Assembly (NCBI RefSeq): GCF_000315625.1
Contig: NW_005434642.1
Span: 221,131-285,130, forward strand
Length of the DNA: 64,000 bases
Direction: 5' to 3'
Source: Guillardia theta CCMP2712
Lineage: Eukaryota > Protista > Cryptophyta
Position 1 is the stretch's first letter. Every line of letters starts with the position of its first letter. Shown piece by piece: positions 1 through 11,841 of the stretch. The notes below the pieces were generated by a model. It made no database searches, had not been told where the DNA came from, and was given only the letters and a program-made list of their open reading frames with translations. Position numbers and translations under genes: made by a program.

Positions 1-106
1 TTCCAGCTAAAATCCGCCCTATTCGTTAGCCATGGTGGTGGTGGTGGAGGAGGAGGAGGAGGAGGAGGAGGAAATGAAGTGATGTAAGGACGAGAATCCG
101 CTGACC

Positions 107-3100
107 AGCCTCTTCATGTCCTCGAAGAGAGGAGCAGTGAATTTCGCCATCTCCCTAGACCCTGGTCAGTGGCTGCAGTAGGGGGAGGAGGGGAGGACCT
201 GGTGATGGGGTGCTCGAATGAGAGGCAGGTAGCATGCAGCGCCTGCCTGACTAAGATGGGCTTCCCTTCTCCTCTTCCTCGCTCCACGTCTGTATCGTGG
301 ATCACTTTCCCTCCATACGTTGTGTCGCCTGACACGCGCAGGTGAGGTTGGAGGATGCGGAAGAGATAAAAACCAGCGATAGAATGTCCGATGTGCGAGA
401 GGTGGACACGAATCTGACGAGCAAGTGAGGAGGTGAGAGGAGGAGGAGAAAGAGGAGGAAAGGGAAGAAGAGGAGGAAAGGGAAGAAGAGGAGGAAAGGG
501 AAGAGGAAGAGGAGTAGACTGAGGGGAGGAGTGAGGAGGTGAGGAGGAGGAAGAGGAAGAAAGGGAGGAGGAAGAGGAAGAAAGGGAGGAGGAAGAGGAG
601 GAGAGATTGAAGACAGTTCACCTGGTGCGTTCGCCCAGTGAGGAGTTGAAGCTCCACCAACGTGAAATCTGAAGGTTGCGAAGACAGTCATGAGCAGTGT
701 AGGTTTGATGAGTGAGGGGAAGGAGGGAGAGGGTGGGAGACAATTCATGGGATGAACGAAGTGGAGCCAAGACGGCAAGCAGTGGAGGAGAGGAGGAGTA
801 TAGTGGACGAGGGGGGATAGAGACAACAAGGACAGAGGCAAGTAAGGGACGAGGCATGGGAGATGCTCCGACAGTCCTACCCTTGTATCGCTCCCTCACG
901 CGACAAATGGTCTTGGCTTGCTTCCCTGCCTGATTGCCAAGTCACAAGGGCAGGAGGGAGAGTGGATAACCTTCCCCTCCCGTACGCACATGCGCTCCCT
1001 GACCTTCACGTCTCGTCCTGAGACAAATCATGTCAAGAAGTTGAGGAGGAAGGCAGGGGAGCAGGGGATAGGGAGGAAGGGTTGTGTGGGTCTGACCTAT
1101 AGGGGCATCTATCAGCTGTTCATCTTTGTTCACTCTTCCGTGCACAACCGCCAGATATCTGAAAGGTTGTGTGAGGACAAAGCGGAAGAAGAGCAAAGGA
1201 GAGGAAGACAGAGGATTTGAGAAGAGAAGGGAGGGAAAGGGAAAGAGAAAGAGAAAGAGGGAAGGAGGAAGAGGGAGAGAGGGGAGGGAGGGAGGGAGGG
1301 AGGGAGGGAGGGAGGGAGGGAGGGGAGGGGAGGGGAGGGGAGGAGGTGGTGAAGGAAGAGAGGGAGGAAGAGGGAGGGGTTTCATTTCACCTCTTGTCCA
1401 CTTTTCTCTGCGCGAAGTTCTCGGCGAGCCGCCAGTGAGCAAGGTCGCTCTTAGCAACCACCATGACTCCACTTGTGAACCTTTCACCTCCCACTTCAGA
1501 TGTAAGAATCCTCCTCCTCGTCTTACTCGTACTCGTCCTACTCCTTTTCTTCCTCCTCATCATCTAGCCCCCATCTCCTCTCGATTCATCTCCTGCTCCT
1601 ACCTCCCCTCCTCTTCCTCCTTCTCTTCCTTCACCACCTCCTCTCCTCCAGTCTCCTCTAGCCTCTTCCTCACCGATCCAGCCGATGGACAATGCCAGGA
1701 CGTGAGTTGGTCGCACCCACAGAAGAGAGAGAGTCTCCCTCCTTGCTCCGCTGCTTTCTCCGTTATCATCGATTCCTTTGCTCGCTAGCAGATGCACCTG
1801 AAAGTGGAAAGCCAACGCGTTCACCAGCGTCCCACTTGATACGCCCTGAGAAAATCGTGGAGAAAGAGGAGAAAAGAAGGAAGAGAAGGGCGAGGAGGAA
1901 GAGAAGGGCGAGGAGGGAGAGAAGGGCGAGGAGGAGGAGGAGGAGGAGGAGGAGGAGGAGGAGGAGGAGGAGGAGGAGGAGGAGGAGGAGGAGGAGGAGG
2001 AGCAGGGTGAGAAGGAGGAGGAAGAGCAGGAGCAGAAGCAGAAGGAGCAGGAGGAGCAGGAGCAGAAAGAGGCGGCCACGACAAAGGGGGCAAGGATGCA
2101 GAGAAGGGAAGGAGAGCAGGACAAGACAGGAAAGGACGATCAGCAATCGCCAATCAGCAGCAGACTCAGACGGAACCTGCCAGGGATGGACTGTGAGACC
2201 GGGCTGTTTGTTGACGAGGACGATGCTGTCATCCTCATGCAGGATGTGGATGGGGATGTCATTGGGCTCGATGTCCTTACAGCCAGGAGGAGGAGGAAAG
2301 TAGACGCAAATCACGTCTCCTCCCCTCAGCTTCGCCGCAGGTTTTGCAGCCTTCTTGCCATCGGCGACTACAACGCATCCCTCCTTGATCAACCTCTGGA
2401 TGGCTGGAGGAGAAGAGAGTGAAAGGAGGAGAGGGAGGGGGAGGAGGTGGTGGAGGAGGACAAGCAGGAGAAGGAGATGGGGACAAGAGCGCAGACCTGA
2501 TCGGGACATGAACGTTATCTTCTCTGCCAGGTACTGATCCAGCCGTTGTGTGGACACCTAGAACAGGTTCAGGAAGGAGGGAGGGACAAAAAGGGAGGGA
2601 GGGAGAGAAAAAGGGAGGAAAGGAGGGAGGATGGGAGGGAGGGAGAGAGGAAGGGATGGGTGGATGGGTGGATGAATGAATGGATGAAGGAAGGGAGAGG
2701 GGAGGCGGGGGGGGGGGGGGGGGGGGGGGGGAGAAAGAGAGGCAGGGAGGGATGGAGCTACTGGACCTGTCCTTTCTCAATCTCAAGAACAAGAGAAGGA
2801 GGAGACTCGGTGTCCTCCCTCCTGCCCTTCCAGTCTATATCGGTCTCACGCAGCTGGGAAGATCCGACGTCCTCATCGGAGTCCATCTCCTCCTCCTACC
2901 CATCCCCTACTGTCAGGCTTGATCCTCCCTGCTCCTCTCTACCTCATCGTTCCCTGCCCTCAACGCATCTGAGGGCAGTCGCTGCTGCTGCTTCCTACCC
3001 CCGGGTGAGCATCTTTGGAGCAGGACTGGCAACAAACGCTCACATAGCTGTCGGGTCTATCGTAGCCGCTGCCATGGACGCCGCAAGCATGTCGGCGTCA

Positions 3101-4157
3101 GGCTGCAGCCCTTGCTTCTTCGCTTCCAAGACAAGTTCGGAACTCTGGAGAGGGAGGGAGTAAGACCATGTGGACCCTCTCGCATCACCAACCTCGCTGC
3201 TCCTTCCCATGCTGATCAGCAGTCGGATCGCCGCTGCATACGTGTGATGCGTACGAAGAGATGGGGGTGTGCTGTGAAAACTGCGACGAGAGAGTTACAG
3301 GAAGCAGAGCGGAGGAGAGGAGAGGAGAAGAGAGGAGAGGAGAGGAGAGGAGAGCAGAGCAGAGCAGAGCAGAGCAGAGCAGAGCAGAGGAGAGGAGAGG
3401 AGAGGAGAGGAGAGGAGAGGAGAGCAGAGGAGCGCATGAGTGGATGGAAGAAGTGGAAGGAAGGGAAGGGAGGAGGGGGAGGGCGATGGGGGTCTAGAGA
3501 GAGATCACAACATTTCAAGAGCTTCAGCAGCATCGCGAGTGTCTGACGATCGTCTGCCGAGAACATCAGGTCGAGCTGAAGACAAACAGTCGAGCAGAGA
3601 AAGCGATGGCAGAAGCACGAGAGATGATACTGGAAGAGCAGGTGCAGGTGGAGACTCTTGGAGGAGGAGGAGGAGGAGGAGGAGGAGGAGGAGGAGGAGG
3701 AGGAGGAGGAGGTCGAACATGGCAGCATCAAGAAGGCAGTGAATGGAAACAGCATTCGCATCGATCCCTCCCCCCTTCATCCCCTCGAAGATCTCCACCG
3801 CTTTCTGCTCCACCATTTGAGTCAAACTAAGACTTGACAACGGCGGCGCCTCACCCGGAAGCCTCCAGGTTCGCTAGAGACCTTGGACATGGCTTCGTTA
3901 TAGGCCCAGACATCAGGACGAACGGTCTTCCCTCCTCCTGCGCTCCTCCTCCCCTCCTCCTCCAGCGACATGCCTTTCCCTCCTATGGTCGCAACTCCTC
4001 CACTGGAGGCCGTGGCTCCTCCGGCGCAGGGTAGCAGGCAGACGAGGAGGGGGAGGAGGAGGAGGAGACGTAGAAGGAAGGGCGTTGAGGCCCTGAGACG
4101 GTCGGGAAGGGGACTGCGCCCTCCTCCTACGCTGCTTCTCCCTTGCCTGACCGCCAT
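107..4157 (-). CDS. Multi-exon PPR-repeat + S4 + RluA/RluD-family pseudouridine synthase with N-terminal hydrophobic signal-like segment; 3' end at or beyond the window start
   Basis: Exons encode the S4 domain (QRLDQYLAEKITFMSRS..IQRLIKEGCV), HEDDSIVLVNKQPGLTVHP, GTLVNAL, catalytic RPGIVHRLDR (~1673-1702), YLAVVHG, LLTGRTHQ|IRVH, GDTTYGG, RQALHA..LSFEHPIT and FTAPLFEDM. Upstream exons encode PPR-like helices (TYAAAIRLLISMGRSSE|SSELVLEAKKQGLQPD; QKAVEIFEGMKGGGIDANAVS). ATG at 4157. Confidence 0.85.
1930..2000. repeat. (GAG)n microsatellite inside an intron
   Basis: Perfect GAG run of more than 20 units; source of the spurious poly-R/S/L/P ORFs. Confidence 0.95.
3310..3430. repeat. Composite (AGAGG)n/(AGAGC)n pentamer array in an intron
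   Basis: Directly visible; a very similar composite array occurs at ~32447-32572. Confidence 0.9.
3661..3711. repeat. (GAG)n microsatellite
   Basis: Perfect GAG run of about 17 units. Confidence 0.9.
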
Positions 4158-4190
4158 GTTTCCCTGTACCCTCCCACCATTGCTCCTCCC

Positions 4191-4226
4191 GGATACTTTC
4201 GGATAGTCCCGGATAGTCCCGGATAC
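4191..4226. promoter_or_regulatory. Four GGATA cores at 10-bp spacing in a divergent intergenic region
   Basis: ggatactttc ggatagtccc ggatagtccc ggatac; cores start at 4191, 4201, 4211 and 4221. Confidence 0.4.
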
Positions 4227-4503
4227 CGCACATGGCAAGTTCAGGCGTATCGCATGACAAGCGTGGAGGAGGGGAGGGGGGGAGGGGGGAGGGAAGGGAG
4301 GCAGAAGAACAAGAGGAGCAGGAGCAGGGAGGGTCGAAGGAGAGATAGCTCCTGCATATCCTTGTACTACTCGGTGGGTCAGGATGGGAATAAGGACAAG
4401 ACTCCCACAGATTTTCCTTCTCCTCACAGTCTTCATTCTCCTCTCCTCTTCCCACCCGCTGGAGCACGAGGGCTGCCATGAAGGAGTTTTGCTGCCGTCA
4501 GCC

Positions 4504-5941
4504 ATGCGTGGAGGATACGAGCCCAAGGGTGAGCTCCGCCATGGAGCGACTGTAAAGGGGCCCAGGAGTTGGAGAGGTGCGAAGAACCAGGGTGCTTCTC
4601 GAAGGAACTACAATGCTCGTCGTCAGGTCGCGCACCATCATCCTACTCAGCCGGCGTTGATGCTGTCTTTTAACAGGGAAGATTCAAACAGCCATGGCAA
4701 CAGAAAGATGAGAGGAGTGTACAGGCTGACAAGGCGTGGGAGAGGAGGTGTGAAAATCGCCGATGGCCTCCTGCTGCTCACACGTTTTCAAACAGAAGTC
4801 GCATTGTGAGAGAAATACAGGAAGAACAGATGAAGACAATGAAGACCAACCATTCTTGGCCGGTTCGCTATTAGTGCGAATGCGCTTCCTCAGCTGAGAA
4901 ATCCTTTACCCAAAGGTCGAGGGTATCCCGATCTTCATTCCTCGAGCAATACTGATTCAGAAGTGAGTACAGCATCGAGTTATCTTTGAGCTACATCGCA
5001 AATGAGTACATGCAGGTATCCAATCGCTAAAGTTTGGAGTGAGAGGATAGCAAAGGTAGGATCAGATTTGTGAGGCAGCCAAATTTGTTGAGACATTTGG
5101 ACAGCGTCAACAGCTCAAGAATCAGTCCCTCGCGATACAAGTCATCTCTTCCAAGGCTCAAATCATAGTTCAGCTGTGTGTGGATGGCCCAATGGTAAAA
5201 ACACTTGCTACATTCGTCCTTGACATAACTCTCTGCTTTCAAAAAGGGAAACTGGCTACGGATTGTTCAAGAGAAACTCGCCAACAGATACCGGCAACCC
5301 ACTTTTGAGGTGCACATCCCCCTTCTCCGCGTCCATGGATCCGTTCCTCCTCAGGCGATGCTCAACTTGCTCAGGTTTCCTTGAGATGCAAAGGATCCCA
5401 TGCGCTTACTACGATACTTGGTGGACCACAGGAATTTTACCAGGGATTTACAAGAATTCCGACTTTCCGTCACTAATCAAGTCTACATTGATAAAGCGGA
5501 GTACTCGAGTTCTAGGCAGCTCTCTCTCCGAATATCGTTATCTCCCGAAAAAGACGTGGAGGTGAGATTGAAACTCGCTGATAACCACCTCAAGGTCTTG
5601 TCAGGCCGTTACCTCGAAATTAGCACAGCACTTTCCAGCAGCGAGGATATCCAAACCCTCGCCGTCGTTGATCCTACTGGACGATTTAAGGTATCCGAGT
5701 TTGCGCTTAGCCCTCTTGACGATCCGTCAGATCCAACGACATGAGAGAGCTGAGGTCGTCGGCAGCTGCCATTTCCCGTGAGCTCAGTGGCGGCCGAACT
5801 CTCAACCACTTGGCCGTAGAGCTTGTCTGCGTCCCAGGTTGTCCATACCTTTATCTTACATGCATCGATGACCTGCTAGGAGTAGACGGAGAATACAGAG
5901 ATCGATTCAATCTGTGGAGGTACTCCGTGAAAGAAGTCTGA
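4504..5941 (+). CDS. Multi-exon hypothetical protein
   Basis: A series of short open exons bounded by GT/AG ~45-50 nt apart (e.g. RQQLKNQSLAIQVISSKAQIIVQLCVDGPM; GNWLRIVQEKLANRYRQPTFE; VDHRNFTRDLQEFRLSVTNQ..). No recognisable domain. Confidence 0.5.
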
Positions 5942-5999
5942 TCAGAAGTAGAGGCGCTGGAACAGCACAGCAAGGATAGAATATCGCCATTGACAACAC

Positions 6000-7261
6000 T
6001 GTGATTGATTTCAAATTCCAGTGCTCAGAAATGATGATTTCCATGCACAGGGCGAAATAGATTGACTGGCAGCGAGCTCCACATTACGTAACAGTCATAT
6101 TTCTACTTGTTTGATCATATCTTGGTCATAATGTACAATTTACATGTCGAGACGTGAATTGCAGACATGGGGTAATCGTTCAAACTCCGTATTGCTGAAA
6201 TTGAAATGTGTGCAGGTCATCTTGTGGACTTTTTCAAGTTAATCTGTCTCAACTGATAATCCCTGAAATGCACCTCACCACATGGGCAACACCATCAATC
6301 CTACACCACCTGATCATTTTCTCTTCTCTATCTCGCCTCCTTCCATGCTTGTCATTGGATTCTGTCAAAGTTTTTGATCTTCGCAACAATCAGCTGAACA
6401 TGTGGAATATAGAGATGATGTTATCGAACTCACATGTAGCCATATCCGCTCGTGTATCCTGCCAGCTCTTTTTCCTTCATGCACGTCAGGCAACAACAAC
6501 AGAAAAGTTGGCTGGGACCTCTGGGCGGATGTCCTGCTTGTAAGACTTGCGGGGGTTCGTTGCAACCAGCCCCATCTCCGCTTGCAAAGTTCCCTCAGAA
6601 GGCTAGGGAAAGGCATCAGTACCAGACAACCTTCTACGAGACAGCTTCTCAAGCACAGTTACCAGTAGTTTCCTATCGAAGAACTTGATCTTGTTGAGGG
6701 CTCGTTCAGCTACCTCGCCGTCTCTGTCCGATGCTTCAATCGTCATCCGGTTCTCTTTCTCCGTATGAATCGGAATCGCCCTTGTCCTGCTCGCCTCGTC
6801 AAACGAGCTTGAGGTTCGATCAGCTGTCACCTCCATTCGTTGAAATTCAGTCCGGCTTCGACTGGCTCCCTCAGTCGCCCCTGGCTCCTTGGAGGGGTCG
6901 GAAGCTGAGTGACTTGCAACACATACATCTTGTCCTCCTCCCTCAGAGCCCCTCCTATCCTTGCATTGGAGCCTCTTCCAAATTCTATCTTGTCTCCATT
7001 GTTCAACTCGCTCTCTATTACCCTCCTACCGTTGACAAATGTTCCGTTGCCCGTCGGCGTTCCCTTGAGCCCCTCGTGGCTGCATAGCCATAGAACCAGC
7101 CGGCCATTCGAGCCATGGCGAAACCCCAGCTTGCAATGAATGCGAGAGATACCGTCCCATGGCAGAACTAGGTCGCATGCGCTGTCTCGGCCGATCCTGA
7201 TGCTGCCCCGGCTGATAGCTACCTCTTCCTTCCCGCTCTCACCCTTCAGCACTCGGATCAT
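6000..7261 (-). CDS. FHA-domain protein (3' end approximate)
   Basis: IRIGRDSACDLVL..GISRIHCKL..GNGTFVNG..ELNNGDKIEFG contains the FHA motifs GR, SRxH and NGT. Downstream exons are of unknown function. Confidence 0.8.
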
Positions 7262-7619
7262 AGAAGAAGAGTGGTGGCGACGAAGGAGAGGAGAGCTGAG
7301 GAGAGGAAGCTAGCGAGAGAAGGTGGGGATGGGAGGGAGGTGAGGGAGGAGGAAGGTTCAGACAGGAAGCTTGGCAAGGCGTTGGACTTATCAAGTACCC
7401 CTACCCCCTATATCATTTGAAATTAGATTATATCAGGTGGGGTGGGTGTGAACAGAACTGTGAAAGGCTGCTTTGCGAGTGAAGATTTCAGATCAGAAGG
7501 AGAGGCGGAAGCGAGGGAGAGAGGGACAAGGCAGACTGATCGATGGAATGACAGCAAGGAATGGTGCCTTGAACATATACCTATCGAAGACGAGATCTGT
7601 GTTGTTCTGCTGAGAAGAC

Positions 7620-8012
7620 CAAGAACACTTCCCGACTACAATGAGGACGTGGAAGTGAGAAACGTTAAGAGCCAGGTAGGATGGAAGGAGCAGACATCAT
7701 ACACCCCTCCTTAAAGGGCTCGATGCAAGACGATTCAGCACAAGGTCAGGTCTACTGGGACTTACCAGGTACATGGTGATGGTTGAGTCATGAAAGTTTC
7801 CCTGACCCGCTAGCTTTCAAGGCCTCGTCATTTCTGCGAGCGTTATGATGGTCATCTTTGTTTGCGCTGCCATCGGCTTTCTCAGCTGGAAGGTCTACAT
7901 CCAAGACGGGGGTTATCGCGAGCCATACGAGAACGAGATGGTACAGGAGCTCAACGAGATAGAGCTAGAAGACCTGCTCGTCTGTCGCACCCGAGGGGAG
8001 CAGGGAGCATAA
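7620..8012 (+). CDS. Small single-pass membrane protein (start unresolved)
   Basis: Last exon encodes FQGLVISASVMMVIFVCAAIGFLSWKVYIQDGGYREPYENEMVQELNEIELEDLL..GA* (TAA at 8010-8012); short GT-AG introns upstream. Confidence 0.35.
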
Positions 8013-8158
8013 AACCAGTGAGCAGTAGGGCAGTCAACGAGTAAAGGTATGCGTGTCTATTGAAAACAATAATCCTGTCGCCCGTTGCATACAAACGTCA
8101 TGCGCGAGTTGCTCCCACTGCCCCTCTGCTACCTCCTCCTCCGTGCCTTGCCCCGCTC

Positions 8159-9372
8159 TCAATCCACCCCGTCCATGTCCGCCGGGTCTCCGACCCCTCG
8201 TTCCTGCCTGTAAGACAAGCAGCAAGTCAACGAGACTGAGCATGCCGCACCATGAATTACTCGGTGGGCTGAGGCGAGCTCCTCGCCTTTGCCACCTTGA
8301 GGGTGATGAGGACCTTTGACACATCCCAGATCAATGCCGACTTGTCGTCAGAGCCCGTTGCTAGATAGAGTCGTGGCGCTTTCCCGGTGAAGGCAACGCT
8401 GTTCAGCTCGTCTGTGTGCCCCTTCACCCTCGCTACCTCGTCCCACTCTTGTCCAACTCGGAAGATCCGTGCGATGCTGTCTGCACAGCCAGTGACCAGC
8501 AAGTCGTCTCCAGGTGAGAAGGCGGCCGAGGTCACTTTGTCCGCATGCTTGAGCTTGCGAAAGAAGGTCCACTTCTGTTTGTCGTCACACGAGAAGACAT
8601 TCGCACACTTGTCATCGCCTCCTGTCAGCATGTACTTTCCACTCTTGGAGAAGCAGATCACATTCACAGGGCCCTCATGAGCTTGGATCGTCTGCACAAG
8701 ACTCTTCTTTCCCACGTCCGTCACGAAGACTTCACCTTGCCCCGATCCCGATAGGAGCTGACTGGAATCTGTAGAGAAGCATACACAGAGCACAGGGCTG
8801 CGACTCGACTCCATCTTCAGGTACTCCTTGCCCGAAGCTGCATCAAATATCTTCGCCAACTGTCGAAAGAGGCCGTCAGCCAAGCAAAAGGCACAAGTTA
8901 CAAGTGCGAACCTTGTCATACGATCCTGAAGCAATCAGCTTCCCATCAGAGCTGGCAGAGATGGAGTTGATTGTACTAGAATGAGCCTTGATGGTCGTCA
9001 CAGGGTGACCATCGTCTGCCTCCATGATCCGAATGTTCCTACCAACCTCATCATATAGATGAACGGTGTTGCGAAAGCCTACCCGTCAAGGCATGCGGTG
9101 GCGATCCTTTTCCTCTTGGGTGTATTATAAAAGATGGCATGCCAGACCCAATCAGGATGGGGAACTCTATCAAAGCATGGTCATCGAATGCATCAAAACC
9201 AGCATCTCTCGTACTTGTACACTTCTTTGCCTTCCAAGTCGAAGGCCCTCAAATTCTTGTCTGCAGAGCCCGTAGCAAGGAGCTGGCCATCAGGACTCCA
9301 ATCAACAGACCTTACCCAGTATGTATGCTGGCGGAGGCGAACTTTGGGGTCAATAATGACACTCAGTGCCAT
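8159..9372 (-). CDS. WD40-repeat protein
   Basis: Repeats: HTYWVRSVDWSPDGQLLATGSADKNLRAFD; HEGPVNVICFSKSGKYMLTGGDDKCANVF; HADKVTSAAFSPGDDLLVTGCADSIARIF; GHTDELNSVAF..LATGSDDKSALIWD. Confidence 0.9.
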
Positions 9373-10227
9373 AAGGGATGAGCTTTCTATCAGTTCTGTA
9401 AAAACTGCCCAGTCACAATGGGTTGCAGAAACAAACAGACATATGAAGATGAAGTTTCCAAACGAAACATGACAAAACTCCTTACATCTCACACCTACCC
9501 CGCATGCATTCTAACAGAAAACGATTCCTTGGCAAGGTACAACATTGAAAGCGCCATGCACGAGCCAAAGGCCGGATCGGGCCAGGGCAAGGGTCATGCG
9601 AGGAGATGGAGCGTGCACTAGCTGAGACTCAGCATGCGGCTACAGCTGCAGCAGTCCCATCATCTCACTATCGCCATCGCGAGCATCAGGCTCTCCGCCA
9701 TGGCCCGCGCTCTCAGGTGTCTCATCGCGACAGCCCCATAAGTCCCTGGAGCATGAGCGCATCTCAACCACCCCCATCCCTGGCAGGGGGTGGGTACCCT
9801 TTTGCACGATGACCCTGCATTACTCTTCATACACCCCTACTTTTAATATCTGCAACCCCTACTATGGACCGCCAGTAGTACCTTACCACCCACTCAATCT
9901 CCTCTACCCACCCCCTCATATAAACATTACCCCTTTCCACCAATTTTACCCCTCATATCTTGGCAAACTTACCCACCCCACCCTTGCCTCGATTCTTCCG
10001 AGAGCGTACGTTCTTGGGCTGAGATCTGCAATGTCCAGAGTGTGCAATGTGAACAGATGTGAACTTGCAAGAGAGCGAGAGAAGATGAAGAAAGAAAGAC
10101 AACTGAGTCGAACATGTCAGCAAAGATGCTTCTGAGTTGCCGTTGGCGATCATGCGTGCATAACAGATTGCTCAATGGTAATGTTTATTTGAGCATATGC
10201 CTACCAGCAGTGTAGTTTTCGATGTTG

Positions 10228-11841
10228 TCAATTCACAGGTGAGGAAGCGGCAATATAGTTCTCTGCCGCAACATGCAGACGAGGAGAGGGTAGCTGTCCG
10301 AGATCTTTGACGCTACTCAGGATATCAAGAAGCGACTCGAATCTCCGCAAGATCGGAGATTCCAAGACGTCGTGGAGAGCAATTGCCACCGCCTTGACCT
10401 GCGAAAAGATCGAGTATTAGTTTTAACAGGATTCCAAAGAACTGTTAACCTGTAGCAGGCCGGGGAACAAACGATCCAAAAACCGAAAGGGAAGAGTCTC
10501 CAAGGAGCCAGCCGCAGTGCTGAAGATTGAGGCAACTATCCCATTGAGTAGGATCATGTCGTTCTCAACCAAGACGTATCGCACTTTGGATACATCACGG
10601 GAAATCGAACGAACTTGAACCAGCCCGTCCTGTCCTAGTAAATAATCGCCTGTTTCAACACCCGAGGCCTGCATGAGCTGCATGCTCTCGGAGCGCTTAT
10701 CCCGACAGGGATACTTGCAGACGTGCAGGTAGTGCGGAGGTGTGAGCTCAATCTCCCCCTCGCTCGTCCCCAGCCGCACAACACGGTAGTCCTCCACATG
10801 GTCGTGGATGAAGTACACTCTCCCAAAGTCCTTCGGGCCTGGGCCGTTGGCGATCAAGTCATTCACGCTGATGTCCCCCAGCAACGCTTCTTCCACCTTT
10901 CCTCCACGTTCGACTCTTACTCTCCCGCTTGTGGAGAAGCAGCCATGGTATTCGCCCGGGTCACCCTTGGTAATAGCAAACATCCCTGCAGTTGCATGAA
11001 ACATCTCGCAGATCCCACACATCCTCTCTACTTCAGGCTCTTTGTAATAGCCACCCACCGGGGCACCGCAGACACTGGATTTCTGACCCATCCATATTCC
11101 ATCCTGCGCGACTGTACCACACGAGTCGAACGTATTGCAGGTCTCACTCAATCCTTCGATGCTCATCATGCAATCTATCAAGCTCTGTGCGTTACCTCGA
11201 AGAACAGTCCTGATCGACAGTTTGCTACACGGCGGTTTATCAATGTTGTCTGGTGTGCATTCGGTATCATTGAACGGCGCTGAGATCACACCGTCCTTGA
11301 CAAAGTCATACTTTGGATCGTCTGCCTCGCCTTTGTCTTCAAGAATATATCCACACTTGTTCCATCTGGGAAAGATGGCCTTGGCTTGCCGCACCAAACT
11401 GCTGATGGCACACGTTCGCTCTCCGGTGAACGGGTCTGCCGCTGCCGCTGCTGCATCCTCCTCATCAGTGGAGTTCCCTCCATCGCCACCAGACGAGCCT
11501 GTTGCGTTTGCAAGCGATATCATCCTTTGCTTCAAATGCATCTCATGCTTTAACTCAGTCACTGGAACATACTCCCACTGACCCAGCACCGGCTGCTTTT
11601 TCTCCGGAGCAGAACCCTGTAGCGCCTCTCCCATCCCGGCTATTCTTGAAGCTGGCAGGTAAGCCCAGTGACCCTTGACTGGAAGTGTCCTGGGGAGGTA
11701 AGCGACCTTGGGCTCTTTGCCTTGAAGCAGGGGAAGCTGCCGCAGGTCCTTGTCCTGCACCAGCAGCGCCCAAGCGCACAGGAACGCGGTGATGGCAGCG
11801 CAGAAACCCACGAGAGGAAGGAAGCGACTCACACGCGACAT
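10228..11841 (-). CDS. Signal/TM-anchored Cys-rich protein with C-terminal Hedgehog-type Hint (Hog) autoprocessing domain; 2 exons (intron 10399-10449)
   Basis: N-terminal hydrophobic segment; G|CF at Cys301 (codon 10941-10939); LGDISVNDLI; IELTPPHYL (TxxH); ASGVETGDYL; ILLNGIVASIF; amphipathic tail. A 51-nt GT-AG intron adds VKAVAIALHDVLESPILRRFESLLDIL..PVN*. Confidence 0.88.

Noticed and set aside
166-3840. Many poly-Leu/Ser/Arg/Pro/Gly ORFs in the track
   Set aside because: They are translations of intronic (GAG)n and (GAGG)n microsatellites, not proteins.
9400-10220. Short ORFs between the WD40 and Hog genes
   Set aside because: No coherent exon chain or homology; likely UTR or promoter sequence.
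10500-10941. Hint domain as a true intein or mobile element
   Set aside because: No terminal His-Asn|Cys/Ser/Thr, no homing endonuclease and no split host protein; the motifs are Hog-type.
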